From the NCBI GenBank assembly GCA_951406725.2, contig OX597825.1:35588001-35652000 (forward strand): a stretch of DNA of 64,000 nt, given 5' to 3'. Of the stretch, positions 14,401-25,400 are shown piece by piece. Under the pieces are notes generated by a model. It was not told the DNA's origin. It saw only the letters and a program-made list of their open reading frames with translations, and did no database searches. The position numbers and the translations under genes are program-made. Origin of the DNA: Octopus vulgaris (lineage: Eukaryota). Position 1 is the first letter of the stretch, and each line of letters starts with the position of its first letter.

Positions 14401-17239
14401 TAAAAGACCGAGAATGCATTAATGGGGTCCTGGATGCACACTTCCTGAAAAATAAAAAGCCATGATGATCACAGCCTAAAAACATTTCGTCATAGGTCTA
14501 CTTAAATCAAGGATGAACTAAAACTAAATAACAACATCAACAACAATCATTGGAAGGAGTTGTGTTGTAGTCTACTTTAGAAGGATCCATCATCAAGTAA
14601 GATATCTGTCTGAATAGTACATCACTATGGCATTTACAGCTAGGCTAAGAGGGGAATGATAGTAGAATCTAAATGTCAAAATGTGTAAAATAACCCTACC
14701 AGTACATGCAGGAATAGTCTGAGAAAGTGTTAAGTTAAAACTCAATTTCAATGTTATACACTTTTAATAATATAATTTGATGAGACTGCATGCTGAAAGT
14801 GAAAAATTTGCTACATGGGAGCCACTTAACACATACACACACACATATAATTACAAACAAGGAGAATGGAGTGAGAAAATTCCTTTTATTATATCTATTT
14901 ACTATTGTTTCATTGAAATCCAATCTCCAGGATAAACTCCTGAATGAAATTATTATGTCAGTGTCAACTGAGGCTGACCTAGAGCTAAACAGCAACAACG
15001 ACCATAACTGTCACCACTTGAGTGGTTCAAATATGTGACAATGAACAAGGACTATTTGGAGAAATGTGTCGGGAATGTATGTACATATAGGAGGATAGTT
15101 TTTAGACTTAAACAAAAGCTAATATTCTTTTAAACTCATTTTCCCATGGGTAGCACCAACAGAATAGATATTGTTACAACTGGATGACTTGGTCCTCCCA
15201 CTAACCACCAAAGAGTTTAACTTCATCAGTCAAGCAAACTTAACCAAGAAAGTTAATTAAAACTAGAGAGCTTGAATATTAAATAGGCCAATACTCTAGT
15301 GCTTTGATTATACAACTATCATACCCCACACAGTTAAGAATTATATTTATCACTCCAACTTTTAAAATAACTTAGTCAACTTAAGGACTGAACTGGCAGA
15401 AATATGGCAGAACTTATTTGTTCTGGTTTTCTATACTCAGAGTTGAAACCTTGTTGAGGTCACTTTGCCTTTCACCCTTTCAGAGTGGTTAAAATAAAGT
15501 ACTAGACTGGACTGATGGACGTATGGTATGGTTACGGTAATGAACAAGATGCAATATTCCTTTCAGTCCTTAGGCACAGGCATGACTGTGTGGTAAGAAG
15601 TTTGCTTCCTAACCACATAGTTCTGGGTTCAAGCCTACTGCATGCCACTTTATACAAGTTTCTTCTACAACAGTGTTGGGCTGATCAAAGCTTTATGAAT
15701 GGATTTGGAGTTGATTAACATAAACCAAATGAAACCTGCTGTGTGTGTCTAATACATAAAGTGGCTGCGTTCCTCCCAAGTGTTGTGCCTCATGGAGGCA
15801 ATAACCAAGACCTTTGGTATTATGTCATGCTTGAAAAGAAGACCCATCAAACCAAGCAAAATCACAGTCATGGCAGATACTGGTGTCACGTGCAAGCAGA
15901 GTCAAACCATCCAACCCATGCCAGCATGGATAACGGAAGTTAAATGATGATGATATATATATATATGTAGTGTATATATATATATTTAAAAGAAAGAAAG
16001 AAAAAGGTGTGTGTGTGTTACTGTACCTAGCCTTGACGTTGATTGTTGCGTCTGTCATGCTAAGTGATGTCTTTACCAATCATCTGTGAAAACCTGTCTA
16101 GTCATGGGGAAACATTACCTTACTTGGTCTAGCAAGAAGGGCATCTGGATGTAGAAAATCCACCTGAACAAATTTCTGCCCAATTATGGAAGCATGGAAA
16201 AGTGGATTTTAAAACAATAACGATGAAATCATAGAGTTTGACACTATCCCGCCCCTTTTTTTTTTTAAGTACATTTAGCTGAGTTTTTCTTGTTCTAAGC
16301 ATTCAGGTCAGGTCTCATGCTTGAGGAGACAGACTTACTCTGTTCTTTCCAACAATCAAAAGTAAGAGGGGCCATGCTTATTAGCGTTCCCTGAGTAAAT
16401 GATTTAAAAATAAGAAGAAGAGAGAAGAGGTGTAGTGTCCATAGAATTCCTGCAAGACGATCTTTGCAGATTTGCTGAAGAAAAAAAGAAATTATAAAGG
16501 AAATTTGCAAGCAAAAATTTCCTGAGAACTGAGCAATGGTTGTACACAGATAACTTGTTCACAGAATGAGATCCTTGTTAAGTGGTTGCCAAACCAAAGA
16601 GATGAATCAACATTATCTATCAGCTAATGGTTGTGGTAGTATGTTGAATAATGAATATTGGATAATCAGCCAATACATAAAAACTGTTATTATATAAATT
16701 ATTTATTCTCTAAAGAATTCTATTTTGCTACGCCAACCAGTGTACAATACTTGTCTATTTACTTAGTGATTCTCTCATCATTGCTCTACAATGAGGTAAT
16801 AAAACTGAAAAATCTAGAGTGTCTCACACATTTTTAGGGGGATAATATTAGGTATTTTTGTCATGACAATCCCATTTTTTAAGGGTATAGTTTCTAGCAA
16901 GTTTAGCAACCTAATGGAGATTTCTTTATTTTCTTTTTGTGCCAGATCAGATTGGAGCCTGGTGCAGCCTTCTGGCTCGCCAGCTCTCACTCAAACCATC
17001 CAACCCATGTCAGCATGGAAGGTGAACATTAAGCGACAATGTACTGTGAAATAGGTCCTAAACTTGACCATGTTGTTCTTTCAAAACTAGCTAAATTTTA
17101 AGAAGATCATTAATCTAATTCATAAAAACCAAACAATTCTTTACTGTTCATTTCAGAATTAAGAAGTTAATCAGATCCCCCCAAAATAGTAATTTGATTA
17201 TTTTAAAAGAGGTTGTAGAGAGCTACTATTACATGTTCT

Positions 17240-17452
17240 TTTCTACTCTAAGCACAAGGCCCGAAATTTTTTGGGATGGGGCCAGACAATTAGATCAACT
17301 TTAGTACACAACTGGTACTTAATTTATCGACCCCGAAAGGACGAAAGTCAAAGTCAACCTCAGTGCAATCTGAACTCAGAATGTAAAGACAGATGAAATA
17401 CCACTAAGCATTTCGCCCGGTTTGCTAACGTTTCTGCCAGCTTGCTGCCTTA
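17240..17452 (-). mobile_element. tRNA-derived SINE, family B
   Basis: Matches the 55295 family over its full length. Confidence 0.8.
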
Positions 17453-17845
17453 CTACTATTCATACTACCGTTCTTCTGCCATGAGCTATTAGTACCTCCA
17501 ACACACAGAGCCACTCCATGAGACAATGATTATTAGTAATTATTAGTGCAAGAGAGTAGTACCCAGCAATATGTACCAAACTTCTTACCACAGCCATGCC
17601 TGCACTGCTAATGATTTTTTTTTTTTCAATTGTCGGATACTTTGTGAACACTATTTGACAGTATAAACAAGGTACATTTTATTATACCATTAGCACTACA
17701 GAGAATGTCTGTGAGACTAAAGAATACTTTAGATAAATCAGAGTTTTTAAGAGTTACAGTTCACCAAGACAGGTTGCCTGCACAAAGACTAATGGAATCA
17801 ATATTTCTCCAGCTTTCTCATTCCTTCACAACTTATATATGATGA

Positions 17846-18290
17846 TGGCTATGTGGTAAGAAGCTTGCTTCCCAACCATGTGGTTCTGGTTTCAGTCCCA
17901 CTACAAGGCACTCTGGGTAACTGTCTTCTACTGTAGCCTGAGGCCAACCAAAACCTTATGAATAGATTTGGTCGATGGAAACTGAAAGCAGCCCATCATA
18001 TGTGTATGTACACAAATTATATATGTACATATGTATGCATGTATGTTTACAAGTATGTATTTATGTATGCATGTGTACGTGTATGTATATATCTATGTGT
18101 GTGTCTGTGCTTGTCCTCTCACACCACTTGGCAACCAGTGCTGGTGTGTTTACATCACTGTAACTTATTTCTTAAGCCTGGTACTTATTCACTTTTGCCG
18201 AACCACTAAGTCCTGGAGGCAATTTCTTTGACTAAAAAAACCCTCTTCATGGAGGTACTCCAGCATGGCCACAGACTGAAACAAGTAAAA
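17846..18290 (+). mobile_element. tRNA-derived SINE, family A (older copy)
   Basis: Diverged head and core plus tail CTCCAGCATGGCCACAG..GAAACAAGTAAAA. Confidence 0.75.
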
Positions 18291-18301
18291 TATTATATGT
18301 A

Positions 18302-18663
18302 ACAAACACCATCCGATCGTGGCCATTCGCCAGCCTCATCTGGCACCTGTGTCGGTGGCACATAAAAACACCATCCGAGCGTGGCCGTCTGCCAGCCTCG
18401 TCTGGCACATAAAAAAAAAAAAAAAAAAAACACCATCCGAGCGTGGCCGTTCGCCAGCCTCGTCTGGCACATGTGTCGGTGGCACATAAAATCACCCACT
18501 ACACTCTCGGAGTGGTTGGCGTTAGGAAGGGCATCCAGCTGTAGAAACACTGCCAGATCTGACTGGCCTGGTGCAGCCTTCGGGCTCCTCAGACCCCAGT
18601 TGAACCGTCCAACCCATGCTAGCATGGAAAGCGGACGTTAAATGATAATGATGATGATGATGA
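18302..18663 (+). repeat. RTE-tail element: tandem hairpin units + GGAAGGGCATCCAGCTGTAGAAAC tail + (GAT)n
   Basis: Three related units CACCATCCGAGCGTGGCC..GCCAGCCTCGTCTGGCAC, then the same tail as at 21400-21562 and 45410-45580. Confidence 0.8.
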
Positions 18664-18675
18664 TATATATATATT

Positions 18676-18845
18676 CAAAATGTGACCGCGTGTGTACTAT
18701 TGGCGATTTTTTTTTTTTTCTGTCTTCCCTTCTCTGGATCTTTCCTTCTCCTATGTTTCCAATGAAGAGCTCCAATAATACTATATTTGTTCCACGTCCT
18801 CGCGTTGTTGTGTTTTTTTTTTGTGCTTTCATGTTTGGATTAATT
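18676..18845 (+). mobile_element. Penelope-type 3' end remnant with truncated hammerhead
   Basis: Pyrimidine-rich tract, tttCCAATGAagagctcc (5' half of the motif seen at 42544, GAAA half missing), ends in (TA)n. Confidence 0.5.
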
Positions 18846-20060
18846 ATATATATATATATATATATATACATATCTATAAAAGGGGCTGCATATATATACA
18901 CACACACACACACACATAATAGTTTCTCTCCCCCTTTCATACAAGCACACATTTTATGTGTAAGCTGTAGAAACCTTACCAGATCGGATTGGAGCAGCTT
19001 ACTGGCTTGCCAGTCCTCAGTCAAACCATCCAACCCATGCGATGATGATGATGATAGAAGTGTGTGTTTGTGTGTTTATGTATGTATGTAACGCTAAAAA
19101 TTACTCCCACTTTAATACAACCTACAAAAATTTCTCCACCTCTCTTATATCACAAAAATTTGTCTATTCCTATGTATTAAAACACACAATGGCTTCTTTC
19201 ATTGAACATGACATCAACACACAAATATTTATATATACTATCATACCAAACTCAACTGAATAAGAATTAGACTAGCACGATGAGAACATCAATCTCAACA
19301 ACCCTTATGAAAAATTTCGTGTATGTGCACTTCAGCATGCAACCAACTCCACCGCCATTAACACTACTACTGCCACCAAAACAAACCAATGAGGGAACTT
19401 CTATGTAGCTGATCTAACAACTACAATTGGCAGCCAAATATACCTCAGACTTATTTATATGATTTATTTTATATCACAATTTGTGAAACAATAAGTTGTT
19501 GGCAGTCTACTCAATAGAAATCATCATATTAATGTCAATTCTTCCTTACTTGCATGGGTCAGACAGAGTTTATTGAGGTAAATTGTCTATGGCTGGAAGC
19601 ACTTCTTGTCAGCAGCCCTCACCAGTTTCCAAGCAAGGTAATATTTTCTGGTGGTCAGACGTGTTCTCACAGAATAATGGAAATGAATAACACTTACGAT
19701 TGACAGTAACACTCACAACTATCACACAATATCAAGTTAGATACACAAATATGTAGGGGTAGGCATGGCTGTGTGGTAAGATGGTTGCTTTCCAACCACA
19801 TGGTTCTGGGCTCAGCCCTAAAGGATGACACATTGTGCAAGTGTCTTCTACAATAGTTTCAGGCTGACCGAAGCTTTGAGTAGATTTGGTAGACAGAAAC
19901 TAAAAGAAGCCCATCATGTGTTTGTCCCCCACCATTGTTTGATAGCCAGACCAGTGTTGTTGTCTCTATAACAATGATTCAGCAAAAGAGATTGATAAAA
20001 TAAGTATTGGGGTCAATTCGTTTGATTGAAATTCTTCAAGGTGGTGCCCCAACATGGCCA

Positions 20061-21562
20061 GCGGAATCACTACCAGAACTAGAGAAGAAATTTCAGGTGT
20101 GGAAGTAAGGTTTAGAATCGAAGGGCCTTACAGTCAATGTTGCAAAAACCAAAGTCCTAGTAAGTAGGAAGGCAAGCACATCACAAGTCCCTTCAGGTAG
20201 ATGGCCCTGCTCAGTCTGTAGAAGTGGTGTAGGTAGAAGCTCCATAAGATGTACCCAGTGTAAGCCAAGGATACCTAAGAGGTTCAGCAACATCAAAGAA
20301 AGGTTAACCAGGAAGACAGCTTTTGCGAGCAGCAGATGCACAGGGGTAAAAAAACACCGCAGATGCTCAGAAAACTGATTCCATCACATGCCAGGTGAAG
20401 AAACTAGAAGTAGTTGATAGCTTCCGCTACCTAGGTGACCGAGTTTGTAATGTGGGTGGATGCTCAGAGTTGTCACTAGAATAAGAATAGCCTTATAAAG
20501 TTCAGAAAGCTCCTACCTCTACTGGTGACAAAGGGCCTCTCACTCAGAGTGAAAGGTAGATTGCATGATACATGTGTGCGAACTGCCATGCCACATGGCA
20601 GTGAAACATGGACCGTGACTGCTGAAGACATGTGTAGGCTTGAAAGAAATGAAAAGTGCCCTGAGGGAAATGTTGGACATAAGAAGCATCAGATGTCGTG
20701 TGCAAGAGAGATGACTGTGCTGGTATGGTCATGTGCTGCATATGGATGAGAAGAGCTGTGTGAAGAAGTATCCCTCCCTAACGGTGGAAGAAATCAATGG
20801 AAGAGGGAGACCCAGGAAGAAATGGGATGAGGTGGTGAAGAATGACCTTTGAGCATTGGGACTTACAGAGGCAATGACGAAAGACCAAGACCTCTGGAGA
20901 TATGCTATGATTGAGAAGACCCGGCAAGTAAAGTGAGATCACAGTTGTAGCCTACACCAGTGTCGCATAACCAGCCCATTTAAAAAGTACCTTTGAATTG
21001 ATGTTCCGTGCTTGAGGAGACCTATTGAGTTAAGTAAAATCAAACCTAATCACAATCGAATGGAAATTGTAGTTGTGGCCAATGCCAGTGCCGCCTGACT
21101 GGCTCCCATGCTGGTGGCACGCAACAAGCACCATGCAAGAATGGGTCATTGCCAGTCCCACCTGACTGCCTCCCATGCTGGTGGCACGCAACAAGCACCA
21201 TGCATGCATAGGTCATTACCAGTAACACCTGACTGGCTCCCTGTGCTTGTGGCATGTAAAAAGTAGCATCCGAATGTGGTCAATGCCAGCCCCACTGCCC
21301 TGACTGGCTCCTGTGCTGGTAGCATGTAAAAAGCAACATCCAAATAAGGCTGATGCCAGTGCTGCCTGACTGGCTCCTGCGCCAGTGGCACGTAAAAACC
21401 ACTCACTACATTCTTGGAGTGGTTGCCGTTAGGAAGGGCATCCAGCTGTAGAAACATTGCCAGATCAGATTGGAGCCTGGTGCAGCGTCCTGGTTTACCA
21501 GTCTCCAGTCAAACCGTCCAACCCATACCAGCATGGAAAATGGACGTATGATGATGATGATA
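20061..21562 (+). mobile_element. 5'-truncated, degenerate RTE-clade LINE with tandem-repeat 3' UTR and (GAT)n tail
   Basis: Translation ESLPELEKKFQVWK*GLESKGLTVNVAKTKV ... KLEVVDSFRYLGD ... HGSETW ... WYGHV ... RGRPRKKW, with stops and frameshifts. The 3' tail is shared with dispersed short repeats. Confidence 0.88.
21075..21400 (+). repeat. About five tandem 63-70 bp units in the RTE 3' UTR
   Basis: Unit GCCAGT..CCTGACTGGCTCC..TGCTGGTGGCACG..AAAAGCACC is repeated. Confidence 0.85.
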
Positions 21563-22611
21563 TATAAATGATGGGCTTCTTTTGAGTTTTTTTTTACCAA
21601 ATCCATTCACAGGACTTTGGTCAGTCTGAGGCTATGGTAGAAAACACATGCAGTGGGTATGAACCCAAAACCACTTGCACCCCACAATCACAAACATATC
21701 CCCAGCTGTGAAGCTGATGCCACTCCAACCTCACAGTTAGAATGGATATACATTAGAAATGTGTAAAATCCAGCTGTATAAACACTTCAGACAACAAACA
21801 CAAATATTTGAAATCTGAAAAACTGCGTTAACTAGACAAACACTGAAAATAAAATAAGATTATTATTTTAATCATGATAAGAGGAAAAATTAACCTAAGA
21901 TGTACACAGAAGTATGGGTGGGAGTTCAAGTGGTTTAACCAGAGGTCAATTCTGATTAGATAGAGATATATTGGTGAAGACACTCCAGTTGGACCATCAA
22001 GTTATATTATGTGCAGGGAACACAGTATCATGTTATCAAAAGTGTTTTCTTTGAAAGAATAAAGGTATGATTTAAGAAAGACTGGGCTATTATTTCTAGC
22101 AAATTGAGCAACCATGTATGGAGTTCTTTTATGGCTAATAGAGTAAATGGACTAAATAGTGTAATATCTAAAGCCAAATCAGCCTTCACCCAACAAACCA
22201 ATGACCAAAGCCATTCCAACAGTGACCATTCCTTCATTTTACTTATCAGAAACTACATTCTTCAAGAAGCTAAAATCAAAGCTAAGTAAAGTGAAATGAT
22301 TTAAACCAGTGATTCCAACCTTTTTTTTTTTTTGCACCACAGACCAATTTCATTCAAGACTATTCATCAATGGACCAAGGGATCATGTGCATAATAAAAC
22401 ACAAAGTGGATAATTATTTAATTACAACACATAAACCTTGCAAAAACAGGTAAAAAACAGTCTTGTGTAGGCTTCTACCTGGTCAACTCCTGTCAAATTG
22501 TCCAACCCATACCAGCATGGAAGGTGGACGTTAAACAATGATGATTATACAATGCAAATGTAATTATTACTTTGTATATTATGCACTTTTACTTCTACTA
22601 TTATTATGTTG

Positions 22612-22648
<37 letters not shown>

Positions 22649-22663
22649 TATATTACACATATA

Positions 22664-23206
22664 CAGGAATGGCCATAAGTTGCTTTGCCCATTTCTAATG
22701 GTAATAAAGACATGCTGCGTGATTTCACTGTATCTCAGATTGACACAGACAACAACATCTGGATGCATGATGGTACTCTATCTCATTATGGCAGAAATGT
22801 ACGCGACTTCTTGGATGACACTTTTAAGATGTGGATCAGCAGGAAAGGATCCATTGAATGGCCTCCACAATTGCCGGACTTGAGTCTCTGTGATTACTCA
22901 ATGTGGGGTATCCTGAAGAAACGTGTCTACTCACAAGATATTCGGACAATACCTGAACTGAGGGAAATTGCAGAATTTGTAGCCCTAGACAATAAAGGCT
23001 TGTGTCGGCAAATCTGCTACTCCACCTAGAGAAGAATCCAGTTGTGTATTGATTCTGAAGGACAACACTTTGAAGATACACTATAAGTGTTATCTTGTTT
23101 TTGTCTTGAAATTATAATTGTACAATGACTAAATAAAAGTGACATCATTTGGAAATTTGTGTTTATTATTATTAGAACTGGGTAAAGCAACTTATGGCCA
23201 TCCCTG
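22664..23206 (+). mobile_element. Tc1/mariner deletion derivative, rosa-like (about DD40/41D)
   Basis: About 36-bp TIRs CAGG(A/G)ATGGCCATAAGTTGCTTT..CCCA..TTCTAAT with TA flanks. ORF 22685..23029 has HDG..H...WPPQLPDLSLCDYSMWG, with 40 residues between the second and third Asp. Confidence 0.88.
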
Positions 23207-25051
23207 TATATAAAATAATGAAATCAAACCAAATAATGTACATTTCAGATTTGCATATAACAGGAAATACATCCATTATATAAACCTTCCTCAGTTAAAG
23301 CATTTGCAGATACTCTAACCTCTGAAACAATTTGAAGTAGTTTGTTACATTTTACTCAGGTAGAAAATTGTAGTGCTGAGCTCTGCATTGCTTCTTAGTA
23401 TAACATGAATTAAATAATTAAATGTATATATAATATAATTCAATAAAATAGAAATTTATTCTTTTTGTGAGGCATAGTACTAAATGATCCACAGTCAGTA
23501 GTTGGGGATATATTATTTAAATCATTGTAATTGTTGGTCAAGAAAATAGGGAGCCATATCTGATATTTCAAGCTTTGAAATTAAATATATGGCTGGTCAA
23601 TTCATTGACGACATGTCTTTGAAACAAAAATTAGATCATGTGCCAAATAAAAAAAAAAGGAAAAGATCATTATTGTTGCTGGTTGTTTTGTAACCATATG
23701 TCAGCTCTAAACCGAGAGTCCAATGGCGTACAAGACATAGGTCCATGGGGCAAACAAAGAACGTCAAGAAAAAAGGTTTTCATATTAGAGATGAAGAACA
23801 CAGCTTGTACAAAAGTAACATTCATAATACACACACATAATATATACATGCACACAGACACAACAGGTGTCATTTAGTGTCCAGCCACCAAATCCACTGA
23901 CAAGGCTTCCGTCAGTGAAGGGTTAAAGAACACACCCAAGGTGTTGTACAGTGGACTAAACCCAAAACCATGTGATAGAACAGCAAATTCCTTACCACAC
24001 AGCCATGTCTGCATTTATTGACAGTGTTGTAGATGGATCTGGGAATTGGGGAGTGACTGTATACACAAAAGCACAGACAAACCTACCACAAGTACACACA
24101 AGAAAAAATACAAACAGCTAAATACACCTCCACAACTGCTGCTTGTTTAGTACAATGATACAATGTTCCAGACCAATATAGATTACAAGGGGATTAGTGT
24201 ATGGCATTTCTCAACATTATTCCGACAATGGGTGGTGGATTGTCAGAATTGTTGGAATCAAACAAATTGCCTTGCTGTATTTATTCAAGCTCTTTCCATT
24301 GAGTTCAAATCTCACCAAAGTCAACTTTGCCTTTCATTCTTCCAGTGTTGATAAAAACCTGTGAATTACTGAAGTCAGCATAAACTGACTGTTCTCTTGC
24401 CTCCCAAAAATTTTTGACTATGTTAGAAACTACAACTACTATAATGTTTAGTAGATACATAAAAATTATTGGAGCATTTAGCTAAAACATTTTGTGGTAC
24501 TTATTCCAGCACTATTTTCAACATTCAAATATTCACCATTTTATTGTCCTGAGATCAATAAAATAAACACAAGTCAAGAAGCAGGTTAATATCACTGACT
24601 AACTTCACCCCAAAATTTTTTGTCTTGTGTCATGTCAAACTTTTTCTACTACTACAACTACTAATTGCATTGGAATTAAGCATGTAGCCACGTTTACAGA
24701 AGAAAAGGAATGGAATACTTGACATTCATGTCTCCCCCACCCTGACATACAGCAGAAGGTGGCATAAACTAAATTCATAATCATTTCATGTGTAGCTTAC
24801 TTGGCATACTACATACACAAGTGCTACTACTGCTAATCACATGTACCACCTGCTCTTATGGAGTTTTCAGCAGAGGTCTTTGATCTTAAGCATTCAGAGA
24901 AACTGTTTCCACCTCCCAGTTTTAATTTAAAATTCTCTCTTTTTTTTGTTTTTTTTTTTCACTGCAGATGTTCACAATCAATTTCAGTTTCATCTGTCTT
25001 ATCAGTCTGAATGAAGGGAGAGATTTGAGTTAAGAAGAAACCAAGGTACAT

Positions 25052-25230
25052 GTATGTGTGAGAAAGAGAGAGAGAGAGAGAGAGTGTGTGTGTGTGTGTA
25101 TGTATGTATATGCATGTCTGTGTGTCTGTGTGTGTGTGTGTGTGTATTATATATGAATATATATATAAGTGCATGTATATATATATATATGTATGCACAT
25201 ATATATGTGCGTGTGTATATATATATATAC

Positions 25231-25267
<37 letters not shown>

Positions 25268-25400
25268 TATATACATGTACATCATCATCATCATCATCGT
25301 TAGCGTCCGTTTTATGCTAGCATGGGTGGATATATATATGGGGTCTGTGATATTATATATATATATATATATGTATATGTGTGTGTGTATGCACACACAG
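25052..25400. repeat. Compound microsatellite (GA)n/(GT)n/(TA)n/(CAT)n
   Basis: Seen directly. Similar tracts at 42680-42810, 44690-44750, 52650-52810, 54170-54445, 57410-57497 and 62890-63030. Confidence 0.95.

Noticed and set aside
18302-18497. Repeat-spacer-like arrays here and at 21075-21400 as possible CRISPR
   Set aside because: Eukaryotic context, no cas genes, inter-repeat segments are homologous to one another, and the arrays belong to a LINE tail.
24968-25044. Plus-strand acceptor/donor pair (T-tract-cactgcag| ... AAG|gtacat)
   Set aside because: Stops in all three frames and local strand bias favours minus-strand transcription.
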